Origin: Halalkalibacterium halodurans
GTDB lineage: Bacteria; Bacillota; Bacilli; Bacillales; Bacillaceae_D
DNA length: 32,000 nucleotides
Assembly (NCBI RefSeq): GCF_004376175.1
Contig: NZ_SNUY01000036.1
Coordinates: forward strand, 1 to 32,000
Direction: 5' to 3'
Shown here: piece by piece, positions 18,331-27,059 of the stretch
Numbering within the stretch: the first letter of the stretch is position 1
How the letters are laid out: the number at the start of each line of letters is the position of its first letter
Made by a program: the position numbers and the translations under genes
The notes under the pieces: generated by a model
Seen by the model: only the letters and a program-made list of their open reading frames with translations
What the model was told of the DNA's origin: nothing
The model's database searches: none

Positions 18331-18465
18331 ATGGAACTGCATCAAATTCAGGACGAGCTACAATCATTTTTTGTCGAACGTTTAAATCGTGATCTTACGG
18401 AAAAAGAAATCAAGTTTATTCAATGGATGGCATGCAAAGTTGAAGAGGAAGAAAAGATCAAATGA
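18331..18465 (+). CDS. Hypothetical 44-aa protein (speculative small ORF)
   Basis: AAAGGAGATGA RBS lies upstream. The product reads MELHQIQDELQSFFVERLNRDLTEKEIKFIQWMACKVEEEEKIK. The stop overlaps the next small ORF as ATGA. No family was recognised. Confidence 0.2.
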   Translation: MELHQIQDELQSFFVERLNRDLTEKEIKFIQWMACKVEEEEKIK

Positions 18466-18599
18466 GCGACGATGATCTCGAGACATTCCCTTGTCCCTTT
18501 TTCCGGTTGTCTCATCATAGGAACGATCATCAGTGGGAGATTGATGTTTTACTAGGACCAACAGGGCGCTACACAGATCGATTTCTTTCTATAATTTAA
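18462..18599 (+). CDS. Hypothetical 45-aa protein (speculative small ORF, translationally coupled to the previous one)
   Basis: ATGA overlap with the previous ORF. The product reads MSDDDLETFPCPFFRLSHHRNDHQWEIDVLLGPTGRYTDRFLSII. No family was recognised. Confidence 0.15.
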   Translation: MSDDDLETFPCPFFRLSHHRNDHQWEIDVLLGPTGRYTDRFLSII

Positions 18600-18673
18600 T
18601 ACATTCCGTTTTATTTGTCGTAAGATTTTCTGATCATGCGTCCTGTCCTTTCCCTAAAACGATTCAACACATT

Positions 18674-18706
18674 AAAAAAGTGCTGCCTCCCGTAACTGGA
18701 AACAGC
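18674..18706 (-). terminator. Rho-independent terminator of the kdg operon
   Basis: In minus-strand RNA, GCUGUUUCC pairs with GGAGGCAGC (9 bp including two G-U pairs) around a 7-nt loop, followed by ACUUUUUU. Confidence 0.7.
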
Positions 18707-18718
18707 ATCTTTCTTCTC

Positions 18719-19363
18719 CTATTTCATTCTTCCTTTCTCCACCTCTTTTACGTATGTTTCTGCTAGTGCCGTTAGCTCTTCCCACTGTTCGTTTTCAATG
18801 AACGACTGTTTGAGTAGAGATCCGCCCACTCCGCACGCCACTGCACCTGCTTTGACAAACGCAGCGATGTTCGTCTCATCGATTCCACCTGTTGGCAAGA
18901 TCGAGACGTGGGAAAGTGGACCTGCCACATTTTTAATATAGCCTGGACCAACAACATTCGCGGGGAACACTTTGACAACATCCGCCCCCCATTCATAGGC
19001 CGTCTGAATTTCGGTCGGGGTGAAGGTGCCAGGAATGACCAACTTCCCGTAACGACGTGCTGTTTCAATCATCTCCCGCTTTAAGGTCGGAGTAAAAATG
19101 AAATCAGCGTCTGCCGCGATGGCTTGATACGCCGCATGCCCGTCTAGCACGGTGCCTGCACCAATGGCCGCTCGCTCGCCGAACTCTTGTTTCGCTTCTT
19201 TTATAAGTTCATATGCCCCGTCCGATTCTACTGTGATTTCAATTCCTGTTACGCCACCTCTTACAAGAGCCTCAATCGCCGGCATTGCTTTCTCTTTTGG
19301 CAGCTTACGCACGACCGCCACTACACCTGATTCGAGTAATTTGTTAAACACCTTCTGTTTCAT
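18719..19363 (-). CDS. kdgA: 2-dehydro-3-deoxyphosphogluconate (KDPG) / KHG aldolase
   Basis: About 214 aa starting at MKQKVFNKLLESGVVAVVR with an AAGGGGGA RBS. Motifs include GIEITVES, GAGTVL, KVFPA and PTGGI. The longer ORF-track version (to 19651) overlaps kdgK and is rejected. Confidence 0.92.
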   Translation of the reverse strand: MKQKVFNKLLESGVVAVVRKLPKEKAMPAIEALVRGGVTGIEITVESDGAYELIKEAKQEFGERAAIGAGTVLDGHAAYQAIAADADFIFTPTLKREMIETARRYGKLVIPGTFTPTEIQTAYEWGADVVKVFPANVVGPGYIKNVAGPLSHVSILPTGGIDETNIAAFVKAGAVACGVGGSLLKQSFIENEQWEELTALAETYVKEVEKGRMK

Positions 19364-19373
19364 GACATCCCCC

Positions 19374-20327
19374 TTATCGTAAAACGTCGGAACGGGCTTG
19401 CGAAAATGCTTCCAGCTGCTCTCGCTCCGGTAGTCCTTCCATGTCACCTTTTGCCATGACGACGAGCGCACCAATTTGTGTTCCGACCGAGACGGCTTCT
19501 TCCATTGACTTCCCTTCGAGTAAGCTGGCAAGGACACCAGCAGCAAATCCGTCACCAGCCCCAACGGGATCAACGACCTTATCCACTGGGCAGCTCGGTA
19601 CAAATTGTGGCTCTTTACCTTCTTCCATGAAGTGAGCCCCTTTGGCCCCATCTTTAATCACGACCCTTGTCGTCCGACCGGTCAAGAGCCTTGAAAACAT
19701 TTGCGCTAGCTCATCGGTATCAAATAGAAACGCTGCTTCATCACGGCCTGGCATGACCAGATCTGCCTTACTTGCTAACGCCAGCAGCCTCTCCTTCCCA
19801 TCTGGAACATTTGCGAGCAGCTTCATTCGCAGGTTCGGATCGAATGAAGCGAAAATCCCATTCTCTTTGGCAAAGTCTAGCACAGCATGACACAGTTCAT
19901 AGCAAGAATCACTCAATAATGGCGTGATTCCAGTGATATGGATGATTTTTGCCTGCTTCATGTACGCCCAGTTAATGTCCTCTACGCCTAAACGACTCGC
20001 GGCCGATCCTGCCCGATAATAATAAACTCGATTGAAATCGTCACGAAGCTTTTCTTTTAAGTAGAGGCCAGTTGGTGCCCCGTCATCCAACACGACTTGA
20101 GATGTATCGACCCCTTCCCCGCGAATCGCGGAAATCACATATTTACCAAGCTCATCGTTCCCGACTTTGCTAACCCAGCCAACCGAATGGCCTAGCTTGG
20201 CGACACCAATGGCAACATTGGATTCCGCACCACCGACCCCTTTTTTAAAGCGGTCCACATAGCGTAAGGCGCCCATCTCCATCGGTTCGAATACGACCAT
20301 TGTTTCCCCAAACGTGACAACATCCAT
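19374..20327 (-). CDS. kdgK: 2-dehydro-3-deoxygluconokinase (PfkB family)
   Basis: 317 aa. Motifs are FGETMVVF, GGAESNVAIGVAKLG and the C-terminal DPVGAGDGFAAG. Confidence 0.9.
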   Translation of the reverse strand: MDVVTFGETMVVFEPMEMGALRYVDRFKKGVGGAESNVAIGVAKLGHSVGWVSKVGNDELGKYVISAIRGEGVDTSQVVLDDGAPTGLYLKEKLRDDFNRVYYYRAGSAASRLGVEDINWAYMKQAKIIHITGITPLLSDSCYELCHAVLDFAKENGIFASFDPNLRMKLLANVPDGKERLLALASKADLVMPGRDEAAFLFDTDELAQMFSRLLTGRTTRVVIKDGAKGAHFMEEGKEPQFVPSCPVDKVVDPVGAGDGFAAGVLASLLEGKSMEEAVSVGTQIGALVVMAKGDMEGLPEREQLEAFSQARSDVLR

Positions 20328-20352
20328 TTTGTTCGCCTCCCCATTGTTCCGT

Positions 20353-20370
20353 AATAAAGAACGGCGTTCC
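20353..20370 (+). promoter_or_regulatory. Candidate IclR-regulator operator upstream of kdgK (AATAAAGAAC-N3-GTTCC)
   Basis: AATAAAGAACGGCGTTCC lies in the 67-nt gap between the regulator stop and the kdgK start. It matches the second copy at 21174-21191 (opposite strand) at 15 of 18 positions, differing only in the central 3 nt. The core is GAAC-N3-GTTC. Confidence 0.4.
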
Positions 20371-20394
20371 TGTTACTATTTTAAATAAAAAGGG

Positions 20395-21150
20395 CTACTT
20401 ACGGTAGCCAATGTTTTGCGAAATGGCAGCAGCCGCCTGCTTTAGCCTTGGAATCAACGTTTGTAGTCGGGCATCTGTCATGCGAGCAAGTGGCCCTGTA
20501 ATCGAAATCGCATAGGGTACTTGGCCCAGGTGGTTAAAAATGGGCGCCCCGATGCAGCGAATGCCTTCCTCGTGCTCTTCATTGTCCTCGGCATAACCGT
20601 CGGTGAGAACCTTTTGTAACGCTGCTTTAAAAGCTTCTGGTTCACTTATCGTATGACGCGTCAATGGCTGAAACGCCGCTTGCTCCACGTACTCTTGCAG
20701 CAAGGGCTCATCAAAATGAGCTGCAATCACCTTCCCGACCGCCGTGCAATAAATCGGGGCACGCTTTCCGGTTCGTGAGTAAATGCGAATCGTTGACACG
20801 GCACTCTCCACTTTGTCAATATAGACGACATCAAAGTGGTCGCGCATGACGAGATGACTAATTTCGCCACATTCTTCGGTGAGCGCTTCAAGAATCGGAT
20901 GAGCTACAGCAACAATGTCCATGTTCTCCATGACCACTTGCTGCATTTCAAGAAACTTTAACCCTAGCGAGTAGCGGCTTGTTTCCCTGTCTTGTGTAAC
21001 GTAGTCATACGTCTCCAATGTAGAAACGAGCCGATGGGCGGTGCTTTTCGCTACATTCAGCTCAAGAGCCAATTCCGTGATCCCCAGCCCCTTCGGATGT
21101 TGTTTCAGGATGTCAAGAATCATTAATGCACGGTCTACAGATTGTACCAT
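20395..21150 (-). CDS. IclR-family transcriptional regulator (KdgR-like by context)
   Basis: MVQSVDRALMILDIL...GITELALELNVAKSTAHRLVSTL forms the HTH, followed by an IclR effector domain. I prefer the start at the second Met (21150). The first ATG (21180) lies about 12 nt from the predicted transcription start and has no RBS. Confidence 0.88.
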   Translation of the reverse strand: MVQSVDRALMILDILKQHPKGLGITELALELNVAKSTAHRLVSTLETYDYVTQDRETSRYSLGLKFLEMQQVVMENMDIVAVAHPILEALTEECGEISHLVMRDHFDVVYIDKVESAVSTIRIYSRTGKRAPIYCTAVGKVIAAHFDEPLLQEYVEQAAFQPLTRHTISEPEAFKAALQKVLTDGYAEDNEEHEEGIRCIGAPIFNHLGQVPYAISITGPLARMTDARLQTLIPRLKQAAAAISQNIGYRK

Positions 21151-21173
21151 CGTTTCACTCTTTTCCACTATAC

Positions 21174-21191
21174 GGAACATTGTTCTTTATT
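21174..21191 (-). promoter_or_regulatory. Second copy of the candidate operator, just downstream of the regulator's own -10 box
   Basis: The minus strand reads AATAAAGAACAATGTTCC, immediately downstream of TATAAT (21200-21205). Confidence 0.4.
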
Positions 21192-21199
21192 ATGATTTA

Positions 21200-21229
21200 A
21201 TTATAGGTGTCAATTGAAAGCGATGTCAA
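21200..21229 (-). promoter_or_regulatory. SigA-type promoter of the IclR-kdgK-kdgA unit
   Basis: On the minus strand, TTGACA (21229-21224) is followed by an 18-nt spacer and TATAAT (21205-21200). Confidence 0.6.
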
Positions 21230-21239
21230 TAAAAACGTG

Positions 21240-21390
21240 CAAAGGGCACGCTCAAAACGTAGCAACGAGACCGAGACACCGGAGATAAAGAAAGCACGGT
21301 GGGCTTACAGCCGTTGATAACTGGCCGTTGTGCCGCTCCGTGTTTGGCGCCCTGCGCTAGTACATCCGGATATACTTTCTTCTACCTACT
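21240..21390. other. GC-rich non-coding island (possible partial copy of a recurrent Bacillaceae intergenic element)
   Basis: Local G+C is clearly above that of its neighbours. There is no credible ORF. The reverse strand contains GCGCC...GGAGCGG...ATCAACGG. Confidence 0.25.
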
Positions 21391-21421
21391 AAAGAACCGT
21401 CCCGTTTGAAGACGGTTCTTT
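21391..21421 (-). terminator. Hairpin at the true 3' end of the Nudix gene
   Basis: A perfect 11-bp stem, AAAGAACCGTC/GACGGTTCTTT, encloses a 9-nt loop. It overlaps the stop codon of the frame-corrected gene. Confidence 0.5.
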
Positions 21422-21877
21422 ACTCAGGTTGGTTGTTAACGATGTGCTCGATTTGCTGCGGTAAGCCATGTTGACACGCCTTTAATCGGGAGGGCAAACA
21501 TTCGGGCAAAATCGTGATTTCCTCTAGCTGCTCTAGGGTTGCCAGATAAACAATAGTGGTTCATCCCCTTCATGCTCATAGCCTTGGATCTCTGATTGTT
21601 TATAGATCTCGGCATGCTGAGGGAAAGACAGCTCGTAATAAAATTCAATACTTTGCTCCAGCTCCCCTTCGTAGTCGAAAAAATTCTCAACGATCCAAAG
21701 AAGTCGTCCCACACGCGCAGGTAATCCGAGTTCTTCGCTACATTCTCTCACTAATGCATCGGCTGATGATTCCCGTTCAACTTCTCCGCCTGGCAAAACC
21801 CAAAAATCTAGGCAGCGGTGTAGCAAAATACAATCGTTATGAATGGCCACCCCTGCCGCTCGAATTCGCGTCCGCAT
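21420..21877 (-). pseudogene. Nudix hydrolase interrupted by a 1-nt deletion (or a homopolymer sequencing error)
   Basis: The Nudix box is GGEVERESSADALVRECSEELGL. The reading frame stops at 21533 after LLFIWQP. A different frame continues TLEQLEEITILPECLPSRLKACQHGLPQQIEHIVNNQPE to a stop at 21420. The span is 458 nt, so one extra base (TGG-GCA instead of TGGCA at about 21541-21544) would give 153 codons. Confidence 0.7.
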
Positions 21878-22280
21878 GGTGCCTACCTCCTTCCTTCTCT
21901 TGAACCAGTATGCTCGTTTTTGTCGCTATCTACAAGGAGAACCGTAGAGATGGGGACAATGTTTTTATCTGCCAGCCAAATCAAACCGAAGATATGATTG
22001 TTACTAGCTTCAAATTGAAGAGTAATCTTTGTAAATTTCATTCCTTCAAATGCTTCTTTTATTTACGGCCCTGGAGGAAACCACTCTATTGGCGCCTTCC
22101 ACGAATTCTTCAAGCGATCATCACTTTTGAGATCATATGGTCAAGGGAGAAGTGGGCTCATGGCGAACAATGAATTAGAAATGCTTTCATTCGTTTTCCT
22201 CTCTCATGGCATGTTTCTTTTGATTAATCTGCACAAATATCACACTCTTCTTCCATTTCACTTCCTATTAAAAACAACTA

Positions 22281-22309
22281 TTGACAAAGACTCGGTTTCA
22301 TTTTATGAT
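22281..22309 (+). promoter_or_regulatory. SigA-type promoter of the rbs operon
   Basis: TTGACA (22281-22286) is followed by a 17-nt spacer and TATGAT (22304-22309). Confidence 0.7.
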
Positions 22310-22312
22310 ATC

Positions 22313-22326
22313 TGTAACCGGTTACA
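22313..22326 (+). promoter_or_regulatory. cre / RbsR (LacI-family) operator palindrome
   Basis: TGTAACCGGTTACA is a perfect 14-bp palindrome that fits the cre consensus TGWAANCGNTNWCA. It lies 4 nt downstream of the -10 box. Confidence 0.75.
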
Positions 22327-22344
22327 CATATAGGCGGGATGAAC

Positions 22345-23358
22345 ATGACAACCATACGAGATGTAGCAAAGCATGCAAAGGTTTCAGTCGCCACTGTTTC
22401 CAGAGTCCTTAATAAAAAAGGCTATGTGAGCAAGGAAGCAGAAGAAGCCGTTTTACAGGCGATAAAAGAATTGAACTATCAACCGAGTTCCGTTGCACGG
22501 TCGCTCTACCATAAGACGTCTGGAATGATCGGACTGCTGATTCCGGACATTTCCAACCCGTTTTTCCCTGAGCTAGCTCGTGCAGTGGAGGATGTAGCCT
22601 CGACTTATGGCTATACGGTCGTTCTTTGCAATACAGATGAAGAAATCGAAAAAGAGCGCAAGTACTTGCAAGCCCTCAAGCAAAAATATGTGGATGGGGT
22701 CATTTTGACGACGAGCTTTCTCCCGTATAAGGAATATGAACAGCTCAACATCCCAATGGTCGCCCTTGACCGGTATGTAAACGAAAACATCCCCCTCGTC
22801 GCATCGCAAAATAAGGCGGGCGCGAGATTGGCGACAGAACATTTACTTGAACAAGGCTGCCAATTTATCGCTCATATTCGCGGGCCAAAAGGGGTTACTC
22901 CTGCGGAGGATCGCTATGAAGGCTTTAAAGAAGTCGTTGAGGAACAAGAAGTAGCCAATATTGTCATAAGCGCTGACTTTCATATCGATGAAGCTCAGAA
23001 GGTAACGAAGGCTCTGCTTGAAACACACCCGACCATTGATGGTATTTTTGCTAGTAGTGACGTTGTGGCTGCAGGCGCTATGAAGGCTGCTCATATGATG
23101 GGCAAGCGAATTCCTGATGATTTACAAATTGTTGGCTTTGACGGCATTCCGTTAGGGAACATGCTCGTGCCATCATTAACAACGGTTGAACAGCCGATTT
23201 ATGATCTAGGCGCTGTCTCGACGCGTTTGCTCATTAAACAAATCGAAAAGAAACCACTTGATACGTATCGATACGAAATTCCAACAAAATTAGTCGTCCG
23301 CGAAACGACAAAAGGGGGCGAAAATAGTGAAAACGCCGAACATTACCGTTGTCGGTAG
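22345..23358 (+). CDS. rbsR: LacI-family ribose operon repressor
   Basis: [23 protein letters not shown] forms the HTH, followed by a periplasmic-binding-like sugar domain. It is the first gene of an rbsRKDACB arrangement. The ORF-track start at 22339 is also possible. Confidence 0.9.
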   Translation: MTTIRDVAKHAKVSVATVSRVLNKKGYVSKEAEEAVLQAIKELNYQPSSVARSLYHKTSGMIGLLIPDISNPFFPELARAVEDVASTYGYTVVLCNTDEEIEKERKYLQALKQKYVDGVILTTSFLPYKEYEQLNIPMVALDRYVNENIPLVASQNKAGARLATEHLLEQGCQFIAHIRGPKGVTPAEDRYEGFKEVVEEQEVANIVISADFHIDEAQKVTKALLETHPTIDGIFASSDVVAAGAMKAAHMMGKRIPDDLQIVGFDGIPLGNMLVPSLTTVEQPIYDLGAVSTRLLIKQIEKKPLDTYRYEIPTKLVVRETTKGGENSENAEHYRCR

Positions 23359-24211
23359 CATCAATATGGATATGGTCACCATAACGGATGTTGTACCGGT
23401 TCAAGGAGAAACGGTCCTCGGTAAAGATTTCCGCACCGTTCCAGGCGGAAAGGGGGCCAACCAGGCGGTAGCAGCCGCACGACTTGGCGCCAATGTGCGT
23501 ATGATCGGGCGTGTGGGGGACGATCCGTTTGGCCATGTCCTCACAGAGAACTTGGCCAAGGAAGGGATTATCACCGACAGTGTGAAACCGGTTACAGATT
23601 GCACCTCTGGTGTTGCCACCATCCTATTATCGGACCGGGATAACCGAATCATTGTCACAAAAGGGGCAAACGAGCATGTCACCCCGGATTATGTGGCAGC
23701 CTTTGAGCAGGAGTTAGCCGCTAGTGATGTCGTTCTTTTGCAGCTTGAAATACCACTCGAGACCGTCGCCTATGTGCTTGAATTTTGTGCGAAACATCAC
23801 GTGACGACGGTTCTTAATCCAGCGCCCGCTCAGAAGCTACCGGATGCGACTTGGACGGATGCAACGTATATAACGCCGAATGAAAATGAGTGCTTGCAGC
23901 TGTTTGGCGATGAGCCAGACGCTAACCTTCGTCAAAAATTGATCATGACCAAAGGGGCAGATGGCGTTCAGTTTTATGAAAACGATGAACAGGTTCAGGT
24001 GGAGAGCTTTCGCGTAGAACCTGTCGATACGACAGGTGCGGGAGATACATTTAATGGCGCCTTCGCCGTTGCGCTAGGTGGGGGCACGGTAAAAGAAGCT
24101 GTTCGATTCGCCAATGCAGCGGCGGCACTGTCCGTGCAGTCGTTCGGTGCACAAGGCGGCATGCCAACAAAGGCGCAAGTCCAATCGTTTTTGCAACAGC
24201 AAGGAGGATAA
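23327..24211 (+). CDS. rbsK: Ribokinase
   Basis: 294 aa. Motifs are [23 protein letters not shown] and [18 protein letters not shown] start follows AAAGGGGG. It overlaps the rbsR end by 32 nt. Confidence 0.93.
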   Translation: MKTPNITVVGSINMDMVTITDVVPVQGETVLGKDFRTVPGGKGANQAVAAARLGANVRMIGRVGDDPFGHVLTENLAKEGIITDSVKPVTDCTSGVATILLSDRDNRIIVTKGANEHVTPDYVAAFEQELAASDVVLLQLEIPLETVAYVLEFCAKHHVTTVLNPAPAQKLPDATWTDATYITPNENECLQLFGDEPDANLRQKLIMTKGADGVQFYENDEQVQVESFRVEPVDTTGAGDTFNGAFAVALGGGTVKEAVRFANAAAALSVQSFGAQGGMPTKAQVQSFLQQQGG

Positions 24212-24212
24212 T

Positions 24213-24602
24213 ATGAAAAAGCATGGTGTTTTAAATCGAGATATTGCTAGGGTTCTAGCTTCGTTAGGACATACAGATCAAATTGTTATCGCCGACTGCG
24301 GCTTACCGATTCCCGAGGATGTGGAATGTATTGACGTTTCGTTAAAGCAAGGTGTTCCGAGCTTTGTGGAAGTGCTTGCAGAGATTTTAGCCGATATGGA
24401 AGTGGAAGGGTTGATTGCGGCAGAAGAAGTAAAGGAGCAAAACCCCGCCGTACATCGCGCCTTAACCGGAACGAACATTCCGATCCATTACCTACCTCAT
24501 GAACAGTTTAAAGGTACGACATGCAAGGCGAAAGCGGTGATCCGCACAGGAGAGGTTACACCGTATGCGAATGTGATCCTACGATCTGGCGTGATTTTTT
24601 AA
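24213..24602 (+). CDS. rbsD: D-ribose pyranase
   Basis: [34 protein letters not shown] is typical of RbsD. An AAGGAGGA RBS is present. The longer ORF-track version (24114) overlaps rbsK and is rejected. Confidence 0.93.
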   Translation: MKKHGVLNRDIARVLASLGHTDQIVIADCGLPIPEDVECIDVSLKQGVPSFVEVLAEILADMEVEGLIAAEEVKEQNPAVHRALTGTNIPIHYLPHEQFKGTTCKAKAVIRTGEVTPYANVILRSGVIF

Positions 24603-24615
24603 GGGGGTGACACCT

Positions 24616-26115
24616 TTGATCGTTGAAATGACTGGCATCCATAAATCATTTAGTGGCAACCCAGTGTTAAAGGATGTCTCATTCACCCTAGAAAAAGGGG
24701 AAATCCACGCCCTTATGGGTGAAAATGGCGCTGGAAAGTCCACGTTAATGAAGATCTTAACCGGCATTTATGAACGAGACAGCGGAACGGTAAAAATTAA
24801 AGGACGTGAGGTCCATTACAAGCACCCGAAAGAAGCGGAAGCGGACGGGCTTGCGGTTATCCACCAAGAGCTAAACATTCTTCCCGAGCTAACGGTTGCT
24901 GAAAATCTGTTTGTCGGCAAAGAACGTACCTACGGAAAAACGGGCTGGATTAAGTCGAAAGAAATGAATCGGCTCGCAGAAGAGAAATTGGCTGAGCTCG
25001 GATTAAAGGTGAAAGGCACTGAGCGCGCAGGGAATCTGTCGGTCGGAAAGCAACAACTCATTGAAATTGCAAAAGCATTGATGACGAATGCCGATATTAT
25101 TATCATGGATGAACCGACTGCGGCGCTTACCGATCGGGAAATTGACACCCTTTTTGCCACCGTTCGCGAGTTGCAAAAAAAAGGTGTAACGTTCGTCTAC
25201 ATTTCCCACCGGATGGAGGAAATCTTCTCCCTCTGTCAACGGATTACGGTGCTTCGTGATGGTGAATATGTTGGGACAAAAGTCATTGCCGAGACGAGCT
25301 TCGATGAAATCGTGAAAATGATGGTCGGCCGCGCATTAGGTAACCGTTTCCCTGAACATACACTCACGCCAGGTGACGTCAAGCTCGAAATTAAACATTT
25401 GACTCGTGCTGGCGAATTTGAAAACGTTTCCCTTTCCGTCAGAGCCGGTGAAATTCTCGGCATTTCCGGGCTCATGGGGGCTGGACGCTCCGAGCTTGTG
25501 GAAACGATTTTCGGCTATCGGAAGGCTGACAGCGGGGAAGTGTGGATTGATGGAAAGCAAGCTGCGATTAAAGGACCGGATCAAGCGATCGCCCAAGGCA
25601 TCGGCTTTGTTTCGGAAGATCGCAAGTCAAAAGGGTTAATCGTTGATTTTTCCATTCGAGACAACATTAGCTTAACGAATCTATCACGCATTTCGACCTC
25701 AAGCTGGATCTCCAGTGAAAAGGAACGTTCACTCTACGAAGAGCTCGCGAAAAAGCTCCACGTGAAGGCGTCTGGCCCTTCGCAACAAGCAAAGTCACTA
25801 AGTGGTGGCAATCAGCAAAAGATCGTCATTGCCAAGTGGCTTGGGATCGAGCCGAAAATTTTAATTTTGGATGAGCCTACTCGCGGAGTGGATGTTGGTG
25901 CGAAAAAAGAAATTTACACGATTATGAATGAACTCGCTAAGCAAGGAGTGGCCATTATCATGGTCTCTTCCGAATTGCCAGAAGTCATTGGCCTAAGTAC
26001 ACGAGTGGCTGTCATGTTTGAAGGAAAGCTGATGCACATCCTTGAGCGGGACGAGCTCTCAGAGGAGACGATCATGCATTACGCCACAGGAGGGGATAAA
26101 CATGTCCGACAATAA
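24616..26115 (+). CDS. rbsA: Ribose ABC transporter ATP-binding protein (two ABC domains)
   Basis: Contains Walker [10 protein letters not shown] and two [14 protein letters not shown] signature motifs. The likely TTG start at 24616 lies 8 nt after AAGGGGG, giving (M)[11 protein letters not shown]. The in-frame GTG at 24607 is used by the ORF track. Confidence 0.93.
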   Translation: MIVEMTGIHKSFSGNPVLKDVSFTLEKGEIHALMGENGAGKSTLMKILTGIYERDSGTVKIKGREVHYKHPKEAEADGLAVIHQELNILPELTVAENLFVGKERTYGKTGWIKSKEMNRLAEEKLAELGLKVKGTERAGNLSVGKQQLIEIAKALMTNADIIIMDEPTAALTDREIDTLFATVRELQKKGVTFVYISHRMEEIFSLCQRITVLRDGEYVGTKVIAETSFDEIVKMMVGRALGNRFPEHTLTPGDVKLEIKHLTRAGEFENVSLSVRAGEILGISGLMGAGRSELVETIFGYRKADSGEVWIDGKQAAIKGPDQAIAQGIGFVSEDRKSKGLIVDFSIRDNISLTNLSRISTSSWISSEKERSLYEELAKKLHVKASGPSQQAKSLSGGNQQKIVIAKWLGIEPKILILDEPTRGVDVGAKKEIYTIMNELAKQGVAIIMVSSELPEVIGLSTRVAVMFEGKLMHILERDELSEETIMHYATGGDKHVRQ

Positions 26116-27046
26116 ACAAATAAAGTCGCTGCTTACTACTATTGGACCGTTTATAGGATTGTTTTTTATCGTTTTGATCATTAGTTTCTTAAACCCTGAT
26201 TTCCTCTCATTATCAAATATTATGAACGTCTTACGGCAAGTGTCGATCAACGCCTTAATTGCCTTCGGGATGACCTTTGTTATTTTAACAGGCGGGATTG
26301 ATTTATCCGTTGGGGCCATTCTCGCTCTGTCCAGTGCTGTCACAGCATGGTTAATGGTCAACAGCGTCGATCCGATCTTAGCCGTTCTGATCGGTCTATT
26401 GGCCGGTACTCTCTTTGGTGCGATTAACGGATTGGTGATTTCCAAAGGGAAGGTAGCCCCTTTTATTGCCACATTGGCGACGATGACGATTTATCGAGGA
26501 CTCACACTCGTGTTTACCGATGGTCGTCCGATTTCAGGATTTGAGTCGTCGACGATGTTTGAAATGCTCGGCAGAGGATATTTCTTCGGAATTCCGGTTC
26601 CTGCCGTGACAATGATCATTAGCTTCATCATTCTTTACCTCATTTTAAAGAAAACGACGTTCGGTCGTCGCGTGTATGCTGTTGGTGGTAACCAAGAAGC
26701 GGCGATCTTATCAGGGATTAAAGTAGACCGAATCAAAATTTATGTCTACTCATTAACCGGTTTTTTATCGGCCCTTGCCGGTATGATTTTAACCTCCCGT
26801 TTATATTCGGCTCAGCCTACTGCTGGAAGCATGTATGAGCTTGATGCGATTGCTGCCGTTGTCCTTGGTGGGACGAGCTTAACGGGAGGCCGAGGTTGGA
26901 TCGTCGGTACCTTAATCGGTGCCTTGATCATAGGAGTCCTAAACAATGGACTGAACTTGTTGGGCGTAAGCTCATTTTTCCAGCAAGTTGTCAAAGGGAG
27001 TGTCATTTTACTCGCGGTCTTATTGGATCGTAGAAAATCAGCGTAA
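26102..27046 (+). CDS. rbsC: Ribose ABC transporter permease
   Basis: About 314 aa starting at MSDNKQIK. It is polytopic and overlaps the rbsA end by 14 nt. Segments such as [11 protein letters not shown] are typical of the family. Confidence 0.92.
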   Translation: MSDNKQIKSLLTTIGPFIGLFFIVLIISFLNPDFLSLSNIMNVLRQVSINALIAFGMTFVILTGGIDLSVGAILALSSAVTAWLMVNSVDPILAVLIGLLAGTLFGAINGLVISKGKVAPFIATLATMTIYRGLTLVFTDGRPISGFESSTMFEMLGRGYFFGIPVPAVTMIISFIILYLILKKTTFGRRVYAVGGNQEAAILSGIKVDRIKIYVYSLTGFLSALAGMILTSRLYSAQPTAGSMYELDAIAAVVLGGTSLTGGRGWIVGTLIGALIIGVLNNGLNLLGVSSFFQQVVKGSVILLAVLLDRRKSA

Positions 27047-27059
27047 AGGAGAGGTTGAA

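Noticed and set aside
18719-19651. 310-aa version of kdgA, and the overlapping 98-aa ORF at 18772-19068
   Set aside because: The N-terminal 96 residues are Ser/Trp/Lys-rich nonsense that overlaps the kdgK coding region. The real start at 19363 has a strong RBS and gives a normal-length aldolase.
21436-21714. 92-aa minus-strand ORF overlapping the Nudix gene
   Set aside because: It is an out-of-frame overlap. The biologically meaningful continuation of the Nudix gene is in the third frame (see the pseudogene call).
21910-22333. 87-aa and 68-aa plus-strand ORFs upstream of rbsR
   Set aside because: They have no RBS and odd composition. The second one runs through the rbs promoter and operator.
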